Shown piece after piece: positions 1 through 9,607 of a stretch of 64,000 nucleotides of DNA. The position numbers were made by a program, and so were the translations under genes. The stretch comes from Bacilli bacterium (GTDB lineage: Bacteria; Bacillota_I; Bacilli_A; RFN20; CAG-826): NCBI GenBank assembly GCA_017651165.1, contig JAGCDH010000003.1, forward strand, positions 2,654 through 66,653. Reading direction: 5' to 3'. Positions within the stretch are counted from its first letter, which is position 1. Every line of letters begins with the position of its first letter. The notes beneath the pieces were generated by a model that was not told the DNA's origin, did no database searches, and was given only the letters and a program-made list of their open reading frames with translations.

Positions 1-723
1 ATCTTTTTTGTAGGCTGCCGCCATACCTAAGAAGACTACTTTGTTATTATTCACTAAGCTTTGGAAATGATCGTGGACTTGGTATTTGGCCCCATCCGTA
101 TTCTTATCTGCTAGATCGATATCAAATTGAATGTTATTGCTAAGCAATAATGAATCAACTGTTTCGGCTCTATTACGTGAATTATCGACAGGTGAAGCGC
201 CTCTATATAAGAGGTTTTCTTTGATATTACCAACACGCATTTCTCTAAAGTTAGCAAATGCTTCTCGGGTTGGATATTGAGTGATGTCGTCACTATAAGA
301 TATCGACAGCGTGTCTTGAATATCCTTATATTTTTCAGCCTTATTTAAAGTGATGGTAACTCTGGTGTTTTCATCAAAATTATTGTCTTTATAAATATCA
401 TCACCATAGTTAATACAGAACTTAATGTTTTCATAACCAGGATAGGCCACTAATAATTCTTGTCCGGCAGGGACATAGTAGCCGTTATAATAGCCAACAT
501 CTTCCCAAGTCTTGTTGTTAGTGGTGAAGGAGATATCGACGCTATCGCCATACTTAAAACCTAGTTTATTGAATTCTTCTGCACCGATATTGATATAAGC
601 GCCACCGAATTCATCATCGTGATGGATGGCAAAGTTTTCTAATAGGGGAGTCTTCTTGTTGTTACACGCCGAGATGGACGTAATGGCCACAAAGGTGGCA
701 AATAAAATAGTATATTTTTTCAT
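1..723 (-). CDS. Surface lipoprotein, N-terminal part only (gene runs off the window edge). It resembles the N-terminal region of a PTP-like (Y_phosphatase3) phosphatase domain.
   Basis: Minus-strand ATG at 723..721 gives MKKYTILFATFVAITSISAC, a signal peptide with a lipobox Cys. An in-frame ATG at 753 is an alternative start. The frame stays open to position 1. It contains NFREMRVG...LLYRGASP, which resembles the N-terminal motif of Y_phosphatase3 domains; the catalytic Cys lies beyond the window. The ORF track does not list it because it is edge-truncated. Confidence 0.5.
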   Translation of the reverse strand, partial: MKKYTILFATFVAITSISACNNKKTPLLENFAIHHDDEFGGAYINIGAEEFNKLGFKYGDSVDISFTTNNKTWEDVGYYNGYYVPAGQELLVAYPGYENIKFCINYGDDIYKDNNFDENTRVTITLNKAEKYKDIQDTLSISYSDDITQYPTREAFANFREMRVGNIKENLLYRGASPVDNSRNRAETVDSLLLSNNIQFDIDLADKNTDGAKYQVHDHFQSLVNNNKVVFLGMAAAYKKD

Positions 724-860
724 ATTCCTATTATATAAAAGTGATTTCTTCATATCTATTAGAGATTATCTTTATTTTATAAATAAAAAAGCAGATAGTT
801 CTTGCATATTTATCACATAATTGGTTAAATAATAGAGTAGATAACATAAGGAGGTTATTT

Positions 861-1235
861 ATGTCCGATTTAGCAGAAAGTTTACCAATTTATATCAGAA
901 TCGTGGAAGGTGTTAAAGACGCGATTCTTAATGGTGAGTTAAAAGAAGAAGGACAGCTTCCTTCCACAACTTATTTATCCAAGAATTACAACATCAATAT
1001 TGCCACTGTTAACAAAGCGATCAACATCCTTGTGAACGAAGGCCTCGCTTATAAAAAGCGTGGTATTGGTATGTTTGTGAAAAAGGGTGCTGTCAAGACC
1101 TTAATTAGTGAAAGAAAAAAGGTCTTTAAAGATCGTTATATCAAAGCAACACTTATCGAAGCAAAAAGATTAAATATCGAATCAGATGAGCTCCAACAAA
1201 TTGTTAAAGAAGCCTTTGATGAGATGAATAAATAA
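861..1235 (+). CDS. GntR-family winged-helix transcriptional regulator (short, HTH only)
   Basis: Strong RBS AAGGAGG 8 nt upstream of the ATG. The motif LPSTTYLSKNYNINIATVNKAINILVNEGLAYKKRGIGMFV is typical of the GntR HTH. Confidence 0.7.
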   Translation: MSDLAESLPIYIRIVEGVKDAILNGELKEEGQLPSTTYLSKNYNINIATVNKAINILVNEGLAYKKRGIGMFVKKGAVKTLISERKKVFKDRYIKATLIEAKRLNIESDELQQIVKEAFDEMNK

Positions 1236-1268
1236 GTCATTAATCAATCCTAATCCTTATCAAAAACA

Positions 1269-1307
1269 AAACAGTATTACAAATTAACAATGTAATATTG
1301 TTTTTTT
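1269..1307 (+). terminator. Rho-independent terminator after the GntR gene
   Basis: Hairpin ACAGTATTACA / TGTAATATTGT with an 8-nt loop, followed by a T7 run. Confidence 0.6.
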
Positions 1308-1346
1308 ATGTTATAATACATAACGATTTTGAAAGCGAGGACGCTT

Positions 1347-2384
1347 ATGGAAAATAATAATCTATTAGAGTTGAAGCAAAAAGCTCTTCAAGAAATCGAA
1401 CAAGCGAGTAGCAGTGATGCTTTAAATGCTGTCCGTAATACGTATCTTTCTAAGAAAAGTGAGTTGTCTAGTTTAACTTCTAAAATCGGTACATTGCCAC
1501 CAGAAGAAAGAAAATCATTTGGTGCGGCTTTGACTGAAGTGAGAGTGGCTATTACTTCCGCAATTGAAGAAAAAGCGGCATTCTTAAAAAATAAAGAATT
1601 AGACGAACGTCTTTCTAAAGAAACAATTGATATTTCTCTTCCTGGTCATTCCTATAATTTAGGTGGCCGCAACCCATTCTATGTCATTAGAGATGAAATG
1701 ATTCAAATCTTCCTTGGCATGGGTTTTGAAGTGGCGGATGGACCAGAAGTGGAAACTGATTTATATAACTTTGAACTCTTAAACATCCCAAAAGATCATC
1801 CTGCAAGAGATATGCAAGATACTTTCTATATTAATGAAAATGAGTTATTAAGAACTCATACTTCCCCAGTGCAAGCGAGAACCATGGAAGCCAAAAAGGG
1901 CGCACCCGTGCGTATCATTTGCCCAGGTAAAACATACCGTAGAGACGATGATGATGCCACCCATTCACATCAATTCTCTCAAATCGAAGGTTTGGTCATT
2001 GATAAGGGCATCAACATCGGCCATTTAAAAGCGACATTAGAACTCTTTGCCAAAAAGATGTTTGGTGAAAAAAGAGAAATTAGATTAAGAAGTTCTTACT
2101 TCCCATTCACTGAACCAAGCGTGGAAGTTGATATCACCTGCGCGAACTGCGGTGGTAAAGGCTGCAATATGTGTAAAGGTACTGGCTATATTGAAATCCT
2201 CGGTGGTGGCATGGTCCATCCAAATGTTTTAAAGATGAACGGCTATGACCCAGAAGAATACAGTGGCTTCGCCTTTGGTATCGGTATCGAACGTGTTGCC
2301 ATCTTAAGATACGGCATCGATGATATCCGTAAATTCTATCAAAACGATATTAGATTCTTGAAACAGTTCAAGAAAATGAGCTAA
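1347..2384 (+). CDS. pheS: Phenylalanine--tRNA ligase alpha subunit
   Basis: Class II aaRS motifs ([17 protein letters not shown]). The ORF track starts at TTG 1329. ATG 1347 (MENNN) with GAGGA 6 nt upstream is the more likely start. Confidence 0.93.
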   Translation: MENNNLLELKQKALQEIEQASSSDALNAVRNTYLSKKSELSSLTSKIGTLPPEERKSFGAALTEVRVAITSAIEEKAAFLKNKELDERLSKETIDISLPGHSYNLGGRNPFYVIRDEMIQIFLGMGFEVADGPEVETDLYNFELLNIPKDHPARDMQDTFYINENELLRTHTSPVQARTMEAKKGAPVRIICPGKTYRRDDDDATHSHQFSQIEGLVIDKGINIGHLKATLELFAKKMFGEKREIRLRSSYFPFTEPSVEVDITCANCGGKGCNMCKGTGYIEILGGGMVHPNVLKMNGYDPEEYSGFAFGIGIERVAILRYGIDDIRKFYQNDIRFLKQFKKMS

Positions 2385-2398
2385 GGGAGGGTAAGACA

Positions 2399-4798
2399 AT
2401 GTTAGTTAGTTTAAAAAGTGTTAGTCAATACGTTGACCTTAACGGATTAACTCCAGAACAAATCGCTGATAAGCTTACTTTCGCTGGCATTGAAGTGGAA
2501 GAGATTTCCCGTTTAGCCAGTGGCACAAACTTAGTCATCGGTCATGTTTTAGAATGTGTTGCCCATCCAAATAGCGACCATTTACACGTCTTAAAAGTGG
2601 ACTTAGGTCCTAAATATGGAGTGACCCAAATCGTTTGTGGTGCCCCTAACGCCCGCACAGGTCTAAAAGTTATTGTTGCGCGTGTCGGTGCGAAACTCCC
2701 TCAAATCGAAATTAAACAAGGCGTCATCCGTGGTGAAGAAAGCAACGGCATGTGCTGTTCCTTACTTGAACTCGGTGTGGACGCTAAATTCTTAAGTGAT
2801 TATCAAAAAGCCGGTATTGAAGAATTACCAGAAGACGCGCCAGTCGGAGAAGAAAACGTCTTAGGCTATCTTGGTTTAGATGACGTGGTGCTTTGCTTAA
2901 ATGTCTTAGCCAATCGTCCAGACTTACTTTCCGTTTTCAACGTCGCTCGTGAAATTGGTGCGATCTTTGATCGTCCAGTCAATTTACCAAAAGTCTCAAG
3001 TAGAAAAGATTTTGAGACAAAAATCAAAATCGGTTCCAAAACCAAGAGATGCTCACAGTTCTCTTCTAAAGAGATTAGAAATATTGTCACAAAACCATCA
3101 CCAAAATGGATGTCTGATTTCTTAATGGCGATGGGTGTGAGAAGCATCAACAATATCGTTGATATTGGTAACTACGTCATGCTCATGACTGGTCAACCAT
3201 TACATATGTATGACGCTGACAAACTTCCAAAAGCGGAATTATACGCTCAAGACGATTACGAAGGCGACTTCGTCGCTCTTGATGAAAAGGCCTATAAAGT
3301 CATTCCAGGCGATATCGTCATTTGCTCTGATAATAAACCAATGTGTCTTGGTGGTGTGATGGGCTCCTTAGCCTGCGCTGTTGATGAAAACACCAAGAAC
3401 ATTTATATCGAAGCCGCTTCATTTGATGGTGCGAGCATTCGTCATACTTCTAACCGCTTAGGTTTAGTTAGTGAATCTTCTCAAAGATTCGTCAAAGGCA
3501 CCAACCATTTCCAAAGTGAATTCGTTTTAGACTTTGCAGCACAATTAATCAATGAACTTTGTGACGCTAAAGAAAACAGCAATAACGTTGTTTATCAAAG
3601 CGAAGAAGAAAAGAATCAAACCATGGATTCCTCTATCACAAAGATCAATGGTCGCTTAGGTACAGAATTCAGCAAAGATGAAATAGTGGAAACCTTAATT
3701 AGACTTAACTTCAAACTCACATTCAAAGATGAAGATAAGTTCTCAGCTTTAGTGCCTCAATATCGTTTAGATATTACTTCTGACGCTGATTTAAGCGAAG
3801 AGGTCATTCGTTTAAGAGGCTACGATAACGTTAAATCCATCCTTCCATGTTTGGACACTAAAGTTGGTATGTTGACCTTAAGACAACAAAGATTAAAGAA
3901 CATTCGTTCTTACTTATTAAATGTTGGCTTAGATGAATGCTTAACATACTCACTCATTTCTAAAAAAGAAATGCATGATTTCTGCTTATTAAATAATGAA
4001 GAAAACTACGTCATCTTAAATCCATTAACCGATGAACGTGAAGTGTTTAGAACACACATCCTTTCTTCCTTACTTAATGCCGCAACATATAACGTTGCTA
4101 GACAAAACAAAAACTTAGCCTTATTTGAAACTTCAAATATGATTAGCAAGTCTTCCAGAAGCGAACACCTCGCTATCGTTTTAGTGGGTCAAGCTTTGAA
4201 CCAAGGTTTACTTGCCAAAGAAAACTACACCTTCTTCCATATGAAAGGTTTAGTGGAAGGCATCTTCTCTGCTCTTGGTGTTGAATCTTCAAGATTCAGA
4301 TTTGATAGATTCGTCGATGAAAAACACGAATTACACCCAGGCAAAGCCGCGAAGATTATCTTCCAAAACCAAGTCATTGGTGTCATGGGTGAACTCCATC
4401 CAAACCAAATCGAAAAATATGATCTCGGCAAGACAAGCGCAGTTGTTTTAGAAATGAATCTAGAATTGCTCCTCGAAGCGAAAGTTAGTGAAACAAAGAT
4501 GAGCCCAATCTCTCGTTTCCCAAGTGTTTCCCGTGACTTAGCCTTCGTTCTCGACGCTAATATCTCTGCTGGCGATGTTATTAAGACCATTAAGACTGTC
4601 GGTCGTGGTTTAGTTAATAACTGCGAAGTGTTCGACGTCTATCAAGGCGCCGGCATTGCCGAAGGCAAAAAGTCTATGGCTTTATCCGTTACCTATCGTA
4701 AAGATGATGGTACATTAACCGATAAAGAAATTGGCGATATCGAAGATAAGATTAAATTCGAATTGTCCCGTTCCTATAAAGCGGAGATTAGAAGCTAA
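2399..4798 (+). CDS. pheT: Phenylalanine--tRNA ligase beta subunit
   Basis: 799 aa with an N-terminal tRNA-binding domain, B3/4 and B5 domains and a C-terminal FDX-ACB domain. It lies immediately downstream of pheS. Confidence 0.93.
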   Translation: MLVSLKSVSQYVDLNGLTPEQIADKLTFAGIEVEEISRLASGTNLVIGHVLECVAHPNSDHLHVLKVDLGPKYGVTQIVCGAPNARTGLKVIVARVGAKLPQIEIKQGVIRGEESNGMCCSLLELGVDAKFLSDYQKAGIEELPEDAPVGEENVLGYLGLDDVVLCLNVLANRPDLLSVFNVAREIGAIFDRPVNLPKVSSRKDFETKIKIGSKTKRCSQFSSKEIRNIVTKPSPKWMSDFLMAMGVRSINNIVDIGNYVMLMTGQPLHMYDADKLPKAELYAQDDYEGDFVALDEKAYKVIPGDIVICSDNKPMCLGGVMGSLACAVDENTKNIYIEAASFDGASIRHTSNRLGLVSESSQRFVKGTNHFQSEFVLDFAAQLINELCDAKENSNNVVYQSEEEKNQTMDSSITKINGRLGTEFSKDEIVETLIRLNFKLTFKDEDKFSALVPQYRLDITSDADLSEEVIRLRGYDNVKSILPCLDTKVGMLTLRQQRLKNIRSYLLNVGLDECLTYSLISKKEMHDFCLLNNEENYVILNPLTDEREVFRTHILSSLLNAATYNVARQNKNLALFETSNMISKSSRSEHLAIVLVGQALNQGLLAKENYTFFHMKGLVEGIFSALGVESSRFRFDRFVDEKHELHPGKAAKIIFQNQVIGVMGELHPNQIEKYDLGKTSAVVLEMNLELLLEAKVSETKMSPISRFPSVSRDLAFVLDANISAGDVIKTIKTVGRGLVNNCEVFDVYQGAGIAEGKKSMALSVTYRKDDGTLTDKEIGDIEDKIKFELSRSYKAEIRS

Positions 4799-5298
4799 TG
4801 ACAATTAATCGCGCTACTTTACCGCTCAATAAGACTGAGACATTTAACGAAGAAATCGATTTTTCGTCTCAATCTTTTGACGAGAACCATGTAAAACGTA
4901 TCAATAAGTGTTTAGTTAGCGTAGACGCTACTGAGTATGGTGATGTTTTACGTCTCAAAGTTAGCGGTGAAGCAGAAGTAATTGCCTCATGTTCTTATAC
5001 GCTTGAAGATGTTCCGATGAAAGTAAAGTTCCATGATGAGTTTTATTTCTCAAGTGAGGAAGATAATTCACAAGACTGTTACTATGAGCCAGGAGTCAAT
5101 ATTGATTTAGATCCACATATCTTGGCCCTCATCTTAGCGGAAGTGCCACACAACATCGTCAAAAGTGGGGCTAAACTACCAGAAAGTGGTAATGGTTATC
5201 GTGTCTTGAGCGAAGAACAATATCTCGAAGAAAAAAAGAACAAGAAAAATAGTGCCTTTGATATCTTAGACACCATTGAATTCGACGAAGAAAACTAA
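4798..5298 (+). CDS. DUF177 / YceD-like protein (putative)
   Basis: 166 aa with an acidic C-terminus. The start codon overlaps the pheT stop codon (TAATG). The DUF177 match is a weak resemblance from memory. Confidence 0.45.
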   Translation: MTINRATLPLNKTETFNEEIDFSSQSFDENHVKRINKCLVSVDATEYGDVLRLKVSGEAEVIASCSYTLEDVPMKVKFHDEFYFSSEEDNSQDCYYEPGVNIDLDPHILALILAEVPHNIVKSGAKLPESGNGYRVLSEEQYLEEKKNKKNSAFDILDTIEFDEEN

Positions 5299-5326
5299 TA
5301 TTTAACTCTTTGAGTTAAAGATAAAT

Positions 5327-5356
5327 GGCTCTCATCAATTTGAGGGCCTTTTCTTT
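5327..5356 (+). terminator. Rho-independent terminator closing the pheST operon
   Basis: GGCTCTCA-TCAATT-TGAGGGCC hairpin followed by TTTTCTTT. A smaller TTAACTC..GAGTTAA hairpin precedes it. Confidence 0.55.
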
Positions 5357-5383
5357 ATCTATGTTTTTCTTTTAAAAATATAT

Positions 5384-5447
5384 TGCAATTGCGATTTGAG
5401 TTTGTAATAATATATGTACCAGTGGTAACACAGTGGGAGAAAGTGGT
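5384..5447 (+). promoter_or_regulatory. mraZ promoter with three direct GTGG[GT] repeats, a candidate MraZ operator
   Basis: TTGCAA at 5384, then 17 nt, then TAATAAT. GTGGT 5422, GTGGG 5433 and GTGGT 5443 are spaced 11 and 10 nt apart, just upstream of ATG 5453. Confidence 0.5.
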
Positions 5448-5452
5448 AAAAA

Positions 5453-5878
5453 ATGTTTTTTGGAAGTTTTGCTCATACTTTAGATGAAAAAGGACGTTTA
5501 ATGATTCCTCGCAAGATGAGAGAAGAATTAGGTTTTAAAGTCTACATCATGCAAGGTTATGATGGATCTTTATCCGTTTATACCGAAAGCCGCTACCAAA
5601 AGTTAGTAGCAGAGTTTGAGAACCTTCCATTCAATCAACGTAAAAACCGCGATTATCTCCGTATCCAATTCGCCAGCACCCATGAGATGGATGTTGATAA
5701 ATTAGGAAGAGTACAAATACCAACTGCTTTGTTGAATAAATTCAACATTTCTCGTGAAGTTATCGTTCTCGGTATTGGTGACCATATCGAAATCTGGGAC
5801 CAAAAGAAATACGCCGAATACGAAGCTAGCGTTAAAGATGAATTTGAAAACATTGCAGAAACTATTGGCAATGACTAG
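5453..5878 (+). CDS. mraZ: Transcriptional regulator MraZ
   Basis: MFFGSFAHTLDEKGRLMIPRKMREEL with duplicated MraZ/SpoVT-AbrB-like halves. It is the first gene of the dcw cluster. Confidence 0.9.
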   Translation: MFFGSFAHTLDEKGRLMIPRKMREELGFKVYIMQGYDGSLSVYTESRYQKLVAEFENLPFNQRKNRDYLRIQFASTHEMDVDKLGRVQIPTALLNKFNISREVIVLGIGDHIEIWDQKKYAEYEASVKDEFENIAETIGND

Positions 5879-5880
5879 TT

Positions 5881-6822
5881 ATGGAAGAACACATTCCTGT
5901 ACTTCTAAACGAAGTCATCGATGGGCTCAACATTAAACCATCTGGTATCTACCTTGACTTAACAGTTGGTAGGGGTGGACATAGTAGCGAAATATTGGCT
6001 CGCTTAACATCTGGTCGCCTCATTGCTGTTGATCAAGATGAAGAAGCAATCATTGCTTCAAGTGAACGCTTATCAAAGATAAGTGACCACTACAAAATCA
6101 TCCGTGCAAACTTCTCCGCTCTCTCAGAGATATTGTCCTCTGAAGGGCTCGAAGAGGTGGACGGCATCCTAATGGACTTAGGTGTCTCCTCCCCACAATT
6201 CGACAAAGGAGAAAGAGGCTTCTCCTATAATGCCGATGCACGCTTAGATATGCGCATGGATCAAAGACAAGATCTTACCGCTTATCAAATTGTTAACACT
6301 TACTCATTAGAAGATTTAAATCAAATCTTCAGGGAATATGGCGAAGAGAAGTATTCCTTCTCAATCGCCAAAAACATCATCAAGGCTCGTGAGATTGCTC
6401 CTATCGAAACGACATTCCAATTAGTGGAAATCATTAAAAAGAGCATGCCAATGAAAGAACTTAAAAAAGTGGGACACCCTGCTAAACAAGTATTCCAGGC
6501 ATTAAGAATTGCAACCAATGACGAACTTAACGTCTTGACTAAGACATTAAGAATCGCCTTAAAACATCTAGCACCTGGTGGAAGACTCGCCGTTATCACC
6601 TTCCACAGTGGTGAAGACAGAATCGTGAAGAACATCTTCAAAGAAGCGGCAGTGGATGTTGGTGATCGTATCGATGGACCAAACATTCAAAAAGAAAAAG
6701 AATTCGACCTTATTAATCGAAAACCGATTGTCGCTAGTCGTAGTGAACTAGAAAGAAATCACAGAAGCGCTAGTGCCAAGTTAAGGATTATTGCAAGAAA
6801 GGAAAGGGGGCAACAATCATGA
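5881..6822 (+). CDS. rsmH: 16S rRNA (cytosine1402-N4)-methyltransferase
   Basis: SAM-methyltransferase motifs (DLTVGRGGHS, DLGVSSPQ). It sits directly after mraZ. Confidence 0.9.
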   Translation: MEEHIPVLLNEVIDGLNIKPSGIYLDLTVGRGGHSSEILARLTSGRLIAVDQDEEAIIASSERLSKISDHYKIIRANFSALSEILSSEGLEEVDGILMDLGVSSPQFDKGERGFSYNADARLDMRMDQRQDLTAYQIVNTYSLEDLNQIFREYGEEKYSFSIAKNIIKAREIAPIETTFQLVEIIKKSMPMKELKKVGHPAKQVFQALRIATNDELNVLTKTLRIALKHLAPGGRLAVITFHSGEDRIVKNIFKEAAVDVGDRIDGPNIQKEKEFDLINRKPIVASRSELERNHRSASAKLRIIARKERGQQS

Positions 6823-7055
6823 TGGTTATGAAAGACAAATTAGTCAAATTCAATCACAAAGGTTTATATTATCGTTTTAGAAAATTAGGCATTGTTTTTC
6901 TTGCCTTTATCTCCATTGGAGCTGTAGTTGCTGTTCCAACCTACATTACCTTCCGTGAAATCACCAATCACGCTCAACACGCGGAAGAAGAAAAAACTCA
7001 GTTATTAGAAGAGAACGAGTCTAACGTTGAATCTGAAGACCTCCTCTCTTATTAA
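6819..7055 (+). CDS. Small bitopic membrane protein in the FtsL position of the dcw cluster (FtsL-like)
   Basis: 78 aa with one TM helix (IVFLAFISIGAVVAVPTYI) and an acidic C-terminal tail. ATGA overlap with rsmH. Confidence 0.4.
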   Translation: MMVMKDKLVKFNHKGLYYRFRKLGIVFLAFISIGAVVAVPTYITFREITNHAQHAEEEKTQLLEENESNVESEDLLSY

Positions 7056-7094
7056 TAAAGTTTCTCCTTACACGTCCATTTTCCTCGATGGACC

Positions 7095-7126
7095 AAAGAC
7101 CGCAAGTGACATTGTGGTCTTTTTTC
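7095..7126 (+). terminator. Rho-independent terminator between the ftsL-like gene and ftsA
   Basis: AAAGACCGCAA-gtgacat-TTGTGGTCTTT stem (one G-U pair) followed by TTTTTT. Confidence 0.6.
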
Positions 7127-7274
7127 TATCTCAGCAAATAAGTATAAAAATAGTCAAATATTAGTAGATATTTAGTGCAAATAGTCAATAATTTGTCTTT
7201 TCTTAACTAATTATTAGTTAATTATTGTATATTGCTTTAAACTTCATTAAAATAAAGTAAATTGGTGGTTATTT

Positions 7275-8480
7275 ATGGATAAACCTATTGCAGCAATTGA
7301 ACTAGCATCAAAAAAACTTAAATTAGTAGTTGGATATGAAATAGACGGTAAAGTCTATGTCTTATATACACTTGTGAAACCTTATGGCCACGCGATTGAA
7401 GCGGGTCAATTTGTTGATCCTACACGCGTGTCTGAAACTATCGCTAGTGTGCGTGAATTCACAGACCCATCTGCGAAATTAAAACTTAACATTAGTGATG
7501 TGCTTTTGTCATTGCCACCATATAGTTTAGGTATTTATCAAACCCGTCAAGTAACCACCGTTGTTACTGAGGATAGTAAGATTTCTAATCTTGATATTAA
7601 AAATATCTACGCTTTAATCAGAAATAGTGCTTCTCCTTTAGAAGATAAATCACTCGTGGATGTGATTCCTGAAAGTTTCACACTCGATCACGGCCGTATC
7701 TTTGCGCGCCCACCTATAGGTGAAGCTTCTAGTACCTTAACTGTTTCTGCAAAAGTTCAAACCTTACCAAAGGATTTAGTGGAGAAATATCAAAATGTCC
7801 TAGCGGAAGGTGGTATGGTCTCACGTCGTAACGTGGTCTCCTCTTTAGCGGCGACAGAACTCATTAATTCCTTTGAAGGAATGCCAAAATCGTTCATCCT
7901 TGTCGATATTGGCTCAAACATCACAACTGTTTCCTTTATTGGTAATGGTGCTTTATATGGATCCACTTTCTTTAACTGGGGTGGTGATAATATCACGGAA
8001 AAGATTATTGAATGTTTCAATATTAATGAAGCAGACGCTGAAAAATATAAAATCATGTACGGTATCGATTACCGTGAAATGAATTTTAAAGCCCCAATCT
8101 GTACAACAGATGATGGTAACGGTCAAGAAGTGCATCATTTTAATGATGAATTAAACGAAATTATCAAAGGCGAATTAGATGTCTTTGTGAAAGATCTTAA
8201 CGACGCAGTGAACGAAATTGTCTCACAACACGATAAATCATATCGTAACTTCCCAATGGTTTTAATCGGTGGTGGTTCTCAGCTTAATGGCTTAGTTTCC
8301 TATATCACACCAAAGGTGATGAGTGAAACAGTACAAGTGGTTGCCCCACAAACATTAGGAGCGAGAAACCCGACATTCTTTAATTGCTTAGGTATGATCT
8401 TAACTCATGCCAAATATTTGAATTTAAATGATGAAGCGCACCCAAGAGTGGGTCAAGTGACGCGTAATCAGAGTAAATAG
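7275..8480 (+). CDS. ftsA: Cell division protein FtsA (actin-like ATPase)
   Basis: GGDNITEKI...AEKYK and LIGGGSQLNGL motifs. It lies immediately upstream of ftsZ. Confidence 0.85.
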   Translation: MDKPIAAIELASKKLKLVVGYEIDGKVYVLYTLVKPYGHAIEAGQFVDPTRVSETIASVREFTDPSAKLKLNISDVLLSLPPYSLGIYQTRQVTTVVTEDSKISNLDIKNIYALIRNSASPLEDKSLVDVIPESFTLDHGRIFARPPIGEASSTLTVSAKVQTLPKDLVEKYQNVLAEGGMVSRRNVVSSLAATELINSFEGMPKSFILVDIGSNITTVSFIGNGALYGSTFFNWGGDNITEKIIECFNINEADAEKYKIMYGIDYREMNFKAPICTTDDGNGQEVHHFNDELNEIIKGELDVFVKDLNDAVNEIVSQHDKSYRNFPMVLIGGGSQLNGLVSYITPKVMSETVQVVAPQTLGARNPTFFNCLGMILTHAKYLNLNDEAHPRVGQVTRNQSK

Positions 8481-8494
8481 AAGGAGAGAACAAT

Positions 8495-9607
8495 ATGGAA
8501 AATTATGATCTCGATAATTTCGAACCAGCCGCCAAGATTGTAGTCATTGGTGTTGGTGGAGCCGGTAATAACGCTGTCAATCGTATGATTGATGAAGAAA
8601 TCGCTAATGTTGATTTCTGGGTGGCAAATACCGATAAACAAGCTCTCTCTACAAGTAAATCTATGCACCGACTCATCCTCGGCCAAGAAATCACTGGTGG
8701 TTTAGGTGCTGGTGGTGAACCTGAAATCGGTGAACAAGCCGCAGAAGCCAGTGTTGATGATATTAGAGAAATCGTCAAAGACGCGAATATGGTATTCGTG
8801 GCTGCTGGTATGGGTGGAGGCACAGGTACAGGTGCCGCTCCAGTTGTGGCACGTATCGCTCGTGACGCTGGTGCCTTAGTCGTGGCTATCGTCACCCGTC
8901 CATTTACCTTCGAAGGCAAAAAGAGAGTGGTTAACTCCATCTCTGGCTTAAATAAATTAAGAGAAAATGTCGATGCTATCATCGTAGTAAGTAATGATAA
9001 ATTACTTATGACTGCGGGTAACTCCTCAATCTCTAACGCATTCAATGAATCCGATAAAGTCTTAGCCCAATCCGTGAAGACCGTTGTTAATCTCATTCTT
9101 TTACCAGCGGTCATCAATCTTGATTTCGCGGATGTCCGTAATACATTAAAAGATTCTGGTGTTTCCATTATCGGCTTCGGTGTCGGTTCTGGACCAAATA
9201 GAGCTAAAGATGCTGCTAATGCAGCACTTAATTCACCATTACTCGAAGCTTCCATTACAGGCGCAAGAAGAGCAATTGTCGCTGTCACCTGCGGACCAAA
9301 CGTTTCCTTATTCGATGCTCAGGATACAGTTAACCTATTAATCAATGCATCTGGTCATGATGTTGACGTCAAATTCGGTGTCGCTATTAACGATCAACTA
9401 AACGATGAAATCTTAGTCAGCGTCATCGCTAGTGACTTTGAAGAAGAGTTTGATTTCTCCAAACCATCTGCTTATCAATCACCAGCGCGTCCAACAGATA
9501 ATCCAGTTCTCGCTCCTCTAAACGAAGAAGAAAAAGAAAGCGAAGAAGATAAGAACGATGACAACATTGATGTTGCTTCCATTCTACCAGAATTCTTGAA
9601 CAACTAA
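8495..9607 (+). CDS. ftsZ: Cell division protein FtsZ
   Basis: GVGGAGNNAVNRMI and the tubulin signature GGGTGTGAAPVVA. Acidic C-terminal tail. Confidence 0.95.
   Translation: MENYDLDNFEPAAKIVVIGVGGAGNNAVNRMIDEEIANVDFWVANTDKQALSTSKSMHRLILGQEITGGLGAGGEPEIGEQAAEASVDDIREIVKDANMVFVAAGMGGGTGTGAAPVVARIARDAGALVVAIVTRPFTFEGKKRVVNSISGLNKLRENVDAIIVVSNDKLLMTAGNSSISNAFNESDKVLAQSVKTVVNLILLPAVINLDFADVRNTLKDSGVSIIGFGVGSGPNRAKDAANAALNSPLLEASITGARRAIVAVTCGPNVSLFDAQDTVNLLINASGHDVDVKFGVAINDQLNDEILVSVIASDFEEEFDFSKPSAYQSPARPTDNPVLAPLNEEEKESEEDKNDDNIDVASILPEFLNN

Noticed and set aside
626-820. 64-aa + strand ORF
   Set aside because: It overlaps the N-terminus of the minus-strand lipoprotein gene and the promoter region, and its sequence is hydrophobic and low-complexity with no RBS. 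It is spurious.
1236-1346. Possible T-box leader upstream of pheS
   Set aside because: The gap is only about 110 nt and is occupied by the GntR-gene terminator. There is no AGAGA element and no T-box consensus (AAnnnGGGTGGnACCGCG).
8503-9288. 261-aa minus-strand ORF antisense to ftsZ
   Set aside because: It lies entirely inside the well-supported ftsZ gene. It translates to a low-complexity Ala/Ser/Pro-rich sequence, as expected from the reverse complement of Gly/Ala-rich ftsZ codons. It is a shadow ORF.
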